Positions 14,001 to 26,200 of a stretch of 64,000 nucleotides of DNA are shown here, piece after piece. The translations under genes and the position numbers were made by a program. A model generated the notes under the pieces. It saw only the letters and a program-made list of their open reading frames with translations. It ran no database searches and was not told the DNA's origin. How positions within the stretch are numbered: position 1 is the first letter of the stretch; each line of letters opens with the position of its first letter. This DNA comes from Chrysomallon squamiferum (lineage: Eukaryota > Animalia > Mollusca): NCBI GenBank assembly GCA_012295275.1, contig CM022679.1, positions 15,438,001 through 15,502,000 of the forward strand, read 5' to 3'.

Positions 14001-17000
14001 ACATTCCAGTGAGAATGTAAAATGATAAAACAAAAACAAAAAAAATTGTATGTTTTTGGAGGCAGTTTTACTGATGAATATCTCTTTTTTACAACCAAAC
14101 TCATTATTTTTTATGTGCTTTTTACAACTGATTGGTTTAGAAAAATATTTGTGTAATTGTATCAAGTAAAGCAAGATTTTGTTTTTACCTTTTATGGTAT
14201 TTATTTAATTATATACCTTCATGGTATGTTACAGATAAAAGTGCGATAGGTGGTTGGTTGTTATTTTTAATTTTTAATAAAACACTGTTTATCACTTAGT
14301 TGTTCATGATTGTAATATTTTGCTTTACACCAATTTTTAGGTAGGAAGTATTCAGAATAATGTTGATCTGTTACTGTCTTATTCTGTATTTGGTTTTTTA
14401 AAATTATTTCAGGAGTTAGAAAGTGAATTGGTTCGTAATGAAGAGAATATCATTATAACTAAAAGCATGAAGTCTGTCCTGGATAAAGTTCCTGATATGG
14501 AGAGAGAAATTAAAAAACTTCGAGAAGATAACAAATACTACAAGTTAGATGTTCAGCTTTCATCCTAATTTAATTACTTTGATTTTCAGAATAAAAGACG
14601 TAGATTGACAATAATCCTTCTAAGTAAAAAAACAAGTTTTTCAAAATATGTAATTATATAACCAAGACCTATGTGCTGCATGTCATAAAGTATATCATTT
14701 TCAGATTGAGATTTACAAAAGACTTGCTGCAGTTTCAGGGAAAATTAGGAAAAATGATAATTTTCACTGCAATTTTATAATTAATCCTTTTCTTGAACAA
14801 AATTACAAATCTGACCAGTCATTTTTCAAAAATACGTGTTTGCATAACTAAAGCAATTGTATGTTATAATGTATGTGTTTTTCATACTGAGGTTTACAAG
14901 TGTCTTGTCGTACTTTCAGGGAAAGTGAGAAAAATGTACTGTTGTTAGAAGAGCAGGTTGTCAGTCTGGAGCAGAAACTTGAACGAGCACAGAAAAGAAT
15001 GGCAGACTACACTGAGATGCAGATTGAAAATGAGGTAATGGAAGCAGGCATTTGTATATCAGATGACATCAGGAACAGACAGATAACTCTGACTTTAAAA
15101 ATTAAAATAAACCTATACAGCTGTTGGGAAAATTCTACTAATTACCAGATTATTATTCTAATATGAAAACACATTACTTAAATTGTTAATCACAATACTT
15201 GAAGTGTTTTTTTCACAGCCTATCTTTCACTATGATATTAAAAAAAAATATGCAATTTTTTTTTTTTTTAAAGTTGATAGAAAAATACCTGTAAATAGTT
15301 ATCAGATTTACAGTTTGTATGATGAAAATGTTTCACTGCAGTTTTGTAATTAATGTTGCATATTTAGGATCTGAAAGGAAGACTTCAGAGATGGGAGGCA
15401 TCAGATACAAGTGGGACTAGGAGACCAAGGTGAGATAAAATGTTTTATAGATTATTTTCTGAGATTTGGTAACGGATTGCATTGGTGAGAAGTGTTAAAA
15501 GTCAGAGGACTGGTTTTCCATGGTGTGCCATTCCAGTCTAGCCAGCCTAAGTAGAAGATGAAAAACAATGGTATATTGAATAAACTAATATTTATTACTC
15601 TTCAGGTCACCAAGTGAACTGTCCAGACTTGTAGCTGAATATCAGACTAAAGAACTTCTGATGTTGGAACAACAAGGACAGCTTCAAACAAAGTAAATAT
15701 GTGAAATACTCCTTGTTTGTTTACATTTCAAATTACCTTTATATATCTATCTATCTATCTATCTCTATACAAATATAAACATATAAAAATGTCAAAAAAT
15801 GTATAAATTATTATTGTTTTCAATTCTTGGAACACTTAATCATAATAAATGAACTACATCTAACTGACAATTTCCTATTTGAAAATATATACTGTTTTTT
15901 CTTCATTGTGGAGATAGCTCCATTATTTCTAAAAAGCACTATAGACAAGATAGTGTATTTTCAAGTTAGATTAATCCAATTTTTGACTAAGTATTTATAT
16001 CTACATTCAAAGCTGTAAGAAACGATTGGGGAAAATAAAGTATTGAAGTAAATAATTAAAAAGAAGATACCTCCTATATTTGTTTGCAAATAAAATAATT
16101 CTAAAATTAAATTGAATAAAATTATCAGTGAATAATTTTGTTATTTTATTTTACTTTTTATTTTTTTTAGATTGAATTTTGCTGAAACAGAATTAGCTGA
16201 GTTAAAGAAGAAAAATGATGTTTTGATACATCAGCATCAGGAACAGACTTTTCACAAACATCAACAAGCAGATTATATCAAACGACTTCAAAGAAAACTG
16301 CTTCTTGTCACAAAGGTTTGCTGTAAAACCTTCAAAAGATAATTTACATTTTAAAATCAGCTCAAAGTTTAAAAAGACACAAATTAATCCAGAATGTAAC
16401 AAGTACATAAAAAAAACATTTAACATGTCTAATTGCCCTATACTTCCATTAAGTTACAACCAAATTTAATTTATAGAGCAGCAATTAAAATAATAAAAAA
16501 ATAATTTTGTAATTAAGTTTGTCCTCAGATTTTATAAATTGTCGTCTTACAGTTAAAAAGAAAAGGAAAAAGAAGAAAGTAATTTGAAATGTTTTAAACC
16601 TGTAAAGATCTACAATTACATTTTTTTGTATTTTCAACACAACATAGGAAAGAGAAGGTCTGAAGAAAGTTCTTGATTCATATGAAAGTGAAGTGACCAT
16701 GAACATTACCACAGCAACAGCCAATCGTATTGAGCAGCTGAATGAGCTAGTTGAAGGCTATAAGAAACAAGCTGAAGATTTTGAGAATGAACTTCATAGA
16801 ATATCGCAAGAAATGTTGCAGACCAGAACAAAATACATACAGGTAACTGACATCAAAAACTTATTTTATCATCATTAAATGTGCAGAGTAATGCATTTTT
16901 TTTACTTCAGGTCTTCAAGCTTTTCAAATATTTTCATATAACTTGAATTCCGATAGATTGTACCTAAATTAGATCAAAACTATTTAACCTTCCAGTCACT

Positions 17001-20000
17001 TCAGTGTATATGTAACCAACAGTTTTTCAGCTTTCTTATTAATTATGTTAGTAAATTCTTCTAATCTTTACTCTATATTAAGTTTGTAAAGCCCTAAATT
17101 ATACTTCGCCTTTCCAGCAGTGATGACACTGTTATAAAAAATGATGTTGTTAGCTTTACTTTTGGAGGCAGCAAGTTTGCAAGTATTAAGTGTGTCTTGT
17201 TTTAAAACAGGAAAACAAAGCTCCAGTAGAAGATGCACAACAACAATCAAAAGTTCTACAGGACAAAATCAGAGAACTGCAGTAAGTGTAGCTGGTATCA
17301 GATATTTTATTATATAATAGTAAACAAACAAAAAAAAAGAAGTCAAAATTAAAGATGATCTAACCTAATGACTTCAGAAAATATTTATAAAAAATAGGTA
17401 AGATTTAGGGAAAGTAAATTCTTGTATATAAGTTGTAGTATTGAGTGCAGTTTTATATAATGCAATGTAACCATGGCTATGTTATATATATATAACAGTT
17501 TTCAGTTAATGTTTAAAAGCAAAATATATAGATTAATTTTTGAGATTTTTTTTATTCTTTGTAAAAGATCCTTTTTGCTAGTAAGTAAACAGAAGTAATC
17601 GTTGTGTGTTAAAAATCATACATGTCTTATCTCAAATACTGGAATATTATAAATGTTTGTATGACTTTGTACAGGTATTTGCTATATCCAAGAAGAGAAT
17701 ATGATTTAGAAAATACATTTTTCATAACATGGGTTGAAATTATTTAAGAAAAGTGGTCCTGTAGTTACATTTAAATGGTATTTTATTTTTGTAGAGAAAA
17801 GATAATAATCTTAGAACAAGAACTTGAGAAAACACAACAAGAAAACAATATTCTTGAGGCAAGAATAGAGCAGCGCCATCTTCAAGTAAGAACCCTAATA
17901 TTAAAAATATTTTTCATTACAAATTGTGAATATTGATTGGTACATTTTGTTCAATATTATATAAATTTTCCCCATGTACACAAAAGCGATGTATATTTAA
18001 TTTCAAACGATAAATAAAAACTACTAAATGATTTTTTAATTTATATAAAATATTTGTCATTTCCATGGTGACTATAAACCCACCTGCAGAAAATTAAGCA
18101 ATATGTTTCTTGAGAATTCAGATATCATTATAAATAATAATTTTCAAATCAAAGGTTATTTTTGTAAAATGTTATTTGTCATTTATGTAGGATGATTACG
18201 ACTCTACTTGTGAATACCAGGCTTTATCAATGGTCATTTCTTAGGTTGCCATCTGCAACAAATATAGTCCTTGTTTAATCCCACATTGTAGTTAATGATT
18301 ACCAAATGATTTCAGATTTTTGTAAAATATATCATGTTATTATTTAGGGTGATTATGACCCCACCCGCACGAAAGTAGTTCACTTTTCAATGAATCCTGC
18401 CCAAGTGGCTCAGGACCAGAGAGCCTGTGAGTTAGAGAAACTGCAGGAAGAGAATGAGAAGTTAAAACAGAGGCTGAAACTACTGGAAGAGAGTGGAGGT
18501 CAAATAGAAGACCTCACTCTGAAAGTTGATGAGAAGTTACAGGAACCTGATACCAGCAAAGAGATTGAAGGTAAAAAAAAAAAAAAAAAAAACCATATAT
18601 ATATATATATATAAAATACAATTTTTAGAAGTAAAATTTTAAAAATTAAACATGGAACAGTGATGGAAATAGGTTTAAGGAACTAGTGGTACTCTATGGA
18701 GAAATATTTTCTTAATTACTTAGAGAAAATCATGAGTACATTTTTTAATAAATCAGTTTTATTTTTTACCTCACATTTCTTACTTAATCTGGAAATGGAG
18801 CTGCGTAGTCTGTTTTTATTTATTCATAAGATCTAAGTATTGTCTACAATGTATTTCCAGGAAAAGAAACAAATATTTTACTCTATTTTTTAAAAATAAA
18901 TACTTTTTATTATTACATTTTATTATCATTATTATTGTTGTTGTTGTTGCTGTTATTATTATTATTATTATTATTATTTCAGAAATAAAATCCCAACTTT
19001 CAAAGGAACAGCTGAAGAACAAGAGGTTAATGGAGGCTTTCAAGAAGACAAGTCATGAATTTCGAGATGTGTGCTATCAGCTGACAGGCTACAAGATAGA
19101 TCTTCCTTGTTCCAGTCAGTACAGACTGACCAGCATGTTTGCTGAATCACCTAAAGACTATCTGTTATTTCAGGTATTAGCATATATTCAAATTAAACAG
19201 GGAACAGTGATGGAAATGGGTTTAAGGAAGCTAGGGGTACTCTAAGGTCAGTGAGACTGATGTTGGGAAGATGGGGTTTGTCAAGACTATAAGCTGATTG
19301 TTAACTTTATTGTTTATATCTTCATTGATCTGAGGATGCTCTCTTTTAAAATATCTCAATTTGCTCATTTAATAGGATAACACCAGTCTGAAATTTATAG
19401 ATATTTGTTACATCATAAAATATTTCCACATGTGCTAATTGGTAAATGCAGCCAATGGAATGTGAGAAGTAGGTTTCTAACGTGACATATCATTAAAATA
19501 ACATTCATTCTCTGAAAGGTATCATTTGAACTTTTGACTGCATTTCAAATTATGTCTTGAAAGAAATATCAATAATAATTTATGTAACATAGTTTCTTGA
19601 ATATAGTTTTCATTTATAAAGATTTAAAAATAAATAAATATATAAATAAATAACTATATATAGCAGTGCATTTACTATGATAGAGATGTACAGCATCATA
19701 ACTTTTTCACGATACAGTAGTGAAATACTATATCATAGCAGTATTAATAGTATTTACTTTTAGCCTGGATACTCTCCACAATAAAGTCTACATGTATTGA
19801 TAAAAAATCCCAGACAACTGTTGTAATCTTTATAAAAATGTATTGAACATATTCTTTTTATTTTCTTTTTTTTACAGCAAAGTCCAAGAGGAGAGATTCA
19901 GATGTTGCACACAGATTTTTCTGAAACAGTCAAAGAACTTATAGATTTGTATTTAGCTAAACAAGACTCCATTCCTGCTTTCCTGAGCAGTGTTACATTA

Positions 20001-20036
20001 GAACTGTTTGGACGTCAGACTTTAAATCTGGGATAA
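11083..20036 (+). CDS. MAD1L1: Mitotic spindle assembly checkpoint protein MAD1, 16 coding exons, about 725 aa
   Basis: Exons 11083-11242, 11780-11937, 12637-12819, 13322-13446, 13846-13927, 14413-14543, 14920-15034, 15368-15429, 15606-15692, 16171-16315, 16648-16842, 17211-17281, 17795-17885, 18348-18570, 18983-19173, 19878-20036 sum to 2178 nt and stay in frame. Long coiled coil, RLQRKLLLVTKEREGLKKVLDSYESE, Mad2-binding region GDYDPTRTKVVHFSMNP, and C-terminal EFRDVCYQLTGYKID...SIPAFLSSVTLELF. Confidence 0.95.
18643..18699 (+). repeat. 57-bp direct repeat, copy 1 (MAD1 intron after 18570)
   Basis: AAATTAAACATGGAACAGTGATGGAAATAGGTTTAAGGAACTAGTGGTACTCTATGG; about 5 differences from the copy at 19190-19247. 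Confidence 0.85.
19190..19247 (+). repeat. 57-bp direct repeat, copy 2 (MAD1 last intron)
   Basis: AAATTAAACAGGGAACAGTGATGGAAATGGGTTTAAGGAAGCTAGGGGTACTCTAAGG. Confidence 0.85.
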
Positions 20037-22018
20037 AATTGGAACCATTTTATCATCATGAAATTTAGCTTCAGTTCACCATCTGAAGTTTTGTACTTGT
20101 TTGACGATGGACTGCACACAATAAATCAGTGTTAGAACCAAATGTAATTTTGGTTTTCTCTCTTAATCATTTATTTTTCCGACTGAGATGATGAAAATGA
20201 AGAATTACAGCTGGTGTTGTTACATGCCATAAAGCTTACAGATGAAAACAATGATCAGATTTATCATTGATAACATATTCTTAATGGAGAGACAGTTGTT
20301 GACAGAAAAGAAGTTTCTTATAATGAAATGTACGGTGTTTAAGATAAAGAAAATTGAATTTATATATTACAAATTATGTAATAAAACAATGAAAATTGGA
20401 AAAAAAGAAAACTGTTTTGAAAAACTGTCTGGTATCGCCAATTATGAACTTTGTAATAAAATAGAAGAAATGGGAGGAATATGTTGTTTCATATTTTTTA
20501 TTATTCCTAGATATCAAGTTACAATTTTTAATCTTTTTAGCAAACGGCACATTAAAATTGAAGAATAATAAACTGATTTTATTTTCTGATTGTTTTTCAG
20601 TAACATTTTATTTATAGTTGATCTGTACATAAGAACAAATATGATATTCAGAGTAATTAAGTGTAGATTAAATAAATAACTATATATGCAACAAAATTGC
20701 ATAATAGTATGCTGTTTGACCTTTTTTTATAGTTTCCATTTATCTCCTATACCCATGTAGAACCAATTGAAATGTATCATTATCATATCATAATGCCAAA
20801 GAAAACATTCAATTGGGATGTTGTAAATCAATAAATTTAATGACAGATTAAGCAACTTCAAATAGTAAAAGCTTTTAACAAATTATTACAATAGCAAATA
20901 AATGAACATTCAAGCAGATTATCTAACAGTGACTAAATGAAAGTTAAAATAAGATAATCTATTTTAAGCAGTATCAACCATGCTCTGCTCTTCTGTAGAA
21001 GTCATTTTGATGTAGTTATTAATAGTTCTTTAGCTAAACTTGTTCATAATATGTATGAATGAAATCAATTTGGCTGTTGCACGTAAGAGTAGATACTAAA
21101 AAGTTGCACTGCATAATAATAACCTCATATCCAAATGCATTAGCCTAATAGTATAATGATAACTATTTTGCTGACCCCTTCCAGCTTGGCTTGCCAAAGT
21201 TTGACTGTATATATATATTTTTTTTTCTCTGTAATGAGTTAAATATTTTTTTATGTGCACTGGTTGTTAGTTTTTACCAGTGCAATGATCATCATACGTT
21301 GATAAACTAAAATAAATCCTATCTTGAACTGATTTTTAAAAACTTTTGCTACTTAGCAACATGCATTGCAAAGTAAAAATTTTGTAATGTATTTAAAAGA
21401 TACTGTAATGATTTTAAAACAGTATTTTCGTGTGTGTATTAATTTGTATAGGTTAAGCAGAAACAGGTAGATATAATTTAATATTAACTGTTTTACATTT
21501 ATAATAAGGAAGAGAAACAAACAAAAACTAAAAAACACACCAGAATTTTTTTTTTTTAAAGTTGGACAGTTTTCATTTTCAAATGGGCATGACTCTTATT
21601 ACATATCTGAAACTTTTATAACAAAAATATCTTGGCCAATGTCCTCAAATTATCACTTGGAAGATAATGTAATATGAACATTTTGGATTTATAATGGTTA
21701 CTTTTAGGCATTACACATCACTTTCAGGCAAAATGCATGAAACAGAAGAAATGTGATGGGAACAAATAATAAAAATAATAATAAATACATTTTGAAAATC
21801 ATACTGGATATCAAATATTATTTTTATGTTTACATTTTTAAAAATTAAACCCAGTAAATAACAAAAATGTTTAATTTTCATTAAATTATTACTCTTAAAC
21901 ATTTAGACTTTAGAAATTACAGATACAAAATTTAATATGTGTCAGATAATCTGAAAGAAGGTTTATGATGTCAGGAGTATAAACAAAAAATAAAAAAAAA
22001 TAAAGTAAAACTTTTGAA

Positions 22019-22616
22019 GTACGCGCGTACCTCCCACTATCAATGACAGTTGAGTTGTCGGACTTATTCTTAATTTAATTTTTTTTTTTACTTTTATGTC
22101 GCAATATTAAAAGGAAAAAAAAAATAACAAGAAATCAGATTAGAAAAATATTACTTATAAAGAAGCTAGATTAACTGATGCAAACAATTTGATATTATTT
22201 GAACTTTACAAAATGCACTTTGCGACCTTCCATTTTTGGAATGTCAGCTAAAAGTTTGCCAATATGGCGATGGTGAATGTCTTATTTATCAACATCGGAA
22301 ATGCATTTTGGAATTATCCAGGATGGAGGTAGACTTTGTGATGTTACATCTGGTTCCAAAGTTATCTGAACTTATTGGACGTCATGTTATAATGATTTGA
22401 ATTTGCAAAAACACTTTTTAAAGTGACCTCAATTTCGTTTGATCGCATTTGACTTGTTTAGAATCGATTTCTAGCAAAAACATGGCTGCCGTGTGTTTGG
22501 ATTCTCACAATGCAACGTCAAACTTTTGTCGATGCATTGTATGGGTTAAACATCACCATAATAAGAAGTAGCTCCATGTTTATTGCTATTTATCAGTTGT
22601 TTTAACATTTAGAATA
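22019..22616 (+). promoter_or_regulatory. DLG5 promoter / 5' leader
   Basis: CpG-containing region before the CARD exon: palindrome GTACGCGCGTAC (22019-22030), YY1-type AATATGGCG (22261) and AACATGGCTGCC (about 22479), ETS-like CGGAAAT (22296). Confidence 0.5.
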
Positions 22617-23246
22617 ATGGAAGAGAAACATAAAGAACTTCTAGAGCTACACAGGCAAAAGTTTCATGCAGTTGATGTTGAAAGATTATACCCAATTTTG
22701 CAAGGAGCAGATGTTTTAACATCCGATGAGGTCAACGAAGTTAACAGTCAGAATTCCAAAATTGCTAAGGTGGAAAAGTTTTTAGATATTCTGCCTCGGA
22801 AAGGAGGTTTAGCCTTTGAAAGTCTATGTTTAGCACTTGAAACGTCTTATCCACACTTGCTGACAGTCATGTTTCTTGGAAGCAGTCAAGCAACTTCAGG
22901 TAAACATTAATTATTTTTTTTTTTTTTTTTTTTTTACTTGAATCTTAACATAGTTCTTGTAAATGAAACGGTATTTTTTAAACATTTTATTATTATTATT
23001 TTTTTTTAATAAAGAATTCTTGATAATATTCAATTCATATTGAGAAATAAACAGAACATTTTAAAGTTTTGCTTTGATGTTTGAATGGATAATAAACTAT
23101 GTACTAAACAGCATGATACAAAGTCATTACAAATATATGGTACTGTTACATTTAAAAAAAAAAAAAAAATAATAATAAAAAAAAATAATAATATATATAT
23201 ATATATATATATTTGTAATTTTTAATATTATTAAATTTTCCAGATT

Positions 23247-23290
<44 letters not shown>

Positions 23291-26200
23291 TAGTACTACA
23301 TCCTTGTTTTGTTTTTAATAATTTTATTTGTTTGACTAAGTTATTTCATATTTTGTTAACTAAATATTTTATTATGCTGTAGCCTCTTGTTTTTTCCAAA
23401 GCATTAAGATAACACAAATGAAATAAGAATTTTTTTCATATTAATTAAATATTTTATTTCTTTTTATTTGTTGTTTTTTTAATTAGGTTTCTTACTTTTC
23501 TTTTTTTTTCTTTCTTTCTTTCTTTCTTTATTGTTATAATTAATATATTTTTTTTAAAATAAATTCAGTACCATTTAAATATCTTTATCTGTGCTATAAT
23601 ATTAATTTTGTTGGATAATTATTAAACAGAACATAAAAGCTGAAACAGTAAAACAATAATATAAAACTCCCAAAGAAATTTATCAAAACAACAAGAGAGA
23701 CAGAGAAAGTCAAAATAGCCAAAAATGTATTAAATTTGTCATGAAACTATTAGTTTTACATTATATGTGTAGTTTTCCTTCAGACACTTGGAGTACATTT
23801 GTTAACCTTAACTAACTGTTGAAAATTTCTTCATTTATCTGTTTAGTCACTAGTATCAAAGGAACAAAATAAACTGTTTCATATCATGCTGACTAATTAG
23901 TGTTATTTTAACCAACTTGTTTACAGGGTGTGGTTCTCATTAAAGATTATCTTACTAACTAATGAAAATCCCACCTAATTAATGAAGTTACGGTCAGTAT
24001 TTTTATTCAGCAGCATCAATTTCTCTTCAGACATGACAGCTACATACACATCTAGATACAAGTGAAGTATAGATTATTTCATATATTTGTCATATTAATA
24101 CAAATGTTTTTGTAAAAATAGAGGTTTTATTACAGGTTTAAATCAGTATGTCTAGTAATAAAAAGTTTAGCTGTGTCTTCAATGTTTTTTTTTATTTTAT
24201 TGCTGATTTTGTTTTATAGTCTCTTTGGGCAGTTTGAGGATGGAAGGAAAATTTTCAGATTTCTTTTTCTTACATTTCTAAAATAAATAGAAAATAATTA
24301 ATAGACATATAAGTTACATATTGCAGATAGTAGCTGGAATCATTGTTTTTTTTTTTAATAATTTTATATCTGTTGTTTTATTTTGTTTTGATTTTTTTAA
24401 TTTCAAATATCTAAAATTATTTAGCTTGCTGTTCTTCCCTATGTAAAAGTTTGATGGCTGTACAGCTCTTTACCTCATCAGTAAATACAATATTTCTTCT
24501 TATATTTATATATAATTATAATTCTTTATTCCATTAGTTTTAATGTTCAAGTTAACTACAGAAAATATGGTCTTACTCTATATTTAAAAGATGAAAGCAC
24601 AGTGGTACCTCGACTTACGAGTGCCCCAACTTACAAGTTTTTCAAGTTACAAGCAGTTGCCCAGTTGAATTTTTGCTTTGAGTTGAGTAAAGTCTGAATT
24701 ACGACTGAGTTTCAGATATGCCGCCCCTAGTTGGTGCAACAAACAGTATAAAATCCGGCCAGCATCCCGCGTCCCACTCGTTTACTTCATGTGGTTACCT
24801 CGCTGTGGAAGCATCTCTGTTGTGTTGTGTTTGTGTTTTGTGAAGTATTTTGACAAATTTCTTTTTTCTGACCATGGATTGTAAGAAAGTGAATGCAAAG
24901 GACAGTGCTGAGAAAACAAAGCGGATGATGTCCATTGAATTAAAGCTTGAATTCATAGAAAAACATGAGTGAGTTGTGCATGTAGCCAACTTGGCTAGGC
25001 AGTACAAGCATAGTACTTCTACGATATGTACCATACTGAAGCTAAAGGAGTAAATAAAGGCTATAACTCCAGCCAAAGGCGTTAAAATAATTTGTCTGAT
25101 CTCAAAGATAAATACACTTTACAAAACAAATTTATTTCTTTACATTCTCTTTAATTTTGTTATACAATATTTGTCATTTAAAAATTCATTTAACTTATTT
25201 AAAAACATGTTACAAAAAAAATAAAATAATAATAATAAAAAAAGGGGGTGGATTTTGGGGGCTGGAAAAGATTAATGGTATTTCAATTAATTTCAGTTGG
25301 AAAAACTGATTTGATATATGAGCAAATTGAGTTACGAGATTGCTCATGGAATGAATTAAACTCATACGTCAGGGTACCACTGTAATTTTATATAGTTCAT
25401 TTTAAAAAAAAAAAATTGTCAGTTAAATTATAATTAATACTGGCTCAGCAGATGCAGTGCTTCATTTCAGTTATTTGGTATTGGTGGGGATTAGGCTTAA
25501 TAAGAAAAAATGTCATTTTGTGAGAATGTAGTAATTAAAATATTATTTTTTAAAATTCTTTTTGTGCATTATTGGTTATTTATTTTAATGTTACAATCAT
25601 GCAGCTTTTACAAAACTTTAAATAGCCTATTATTAAGATCATGTTTTAAAATGAACTAAACTGAAAAACATTTTTGATGCTTAAATGAAAATTAACAACA
25701 TAAAGATTATTATCATTAAATTCATTTCCTCATAATTTGCATAAATTTTGAACTGTAGCTAATACAAATATTTTTCTTGTGTAGTTTCATTTATTTAAAC
25801 AACAACAACCTGAAGCTAGGAAAAACGTATCTCTATTTATACATCTAAATTATAATCATTACTCACCTGTCACATCAGTTTTATGTCTTAAATAATAATA
25901 TATTTTTTTTGACATGTTAGTATGTTAGCAGTAATTTATTTCATGGTGTCCCCAACCATTACTTACTTGTGACAGTAGATTTTATTTGTTTTAAATTTTA
26001 AGAGGCTAAGACCAGATCTGTGTTTTACATACATACTGATAATAGTTATTTTTCATTTCGTTCAATTTCTTCTTCTCCTGTTTGTGTAAATAAATAAGGA
26101 CACACTTCCATGGAAACATATCATGTCACTTGCAGCTTTTATTCATTTTCAGCAATAAACTTGAAGTGTTCTGGTAACTTTAGTGAACAAAAACTTGCAA

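Noticed and set aside
21192-21210. GCCAAAGTTTGACTGTA as a Tc1/pogo right TIR
   Set aside because: No matching left TIR was found nearby.
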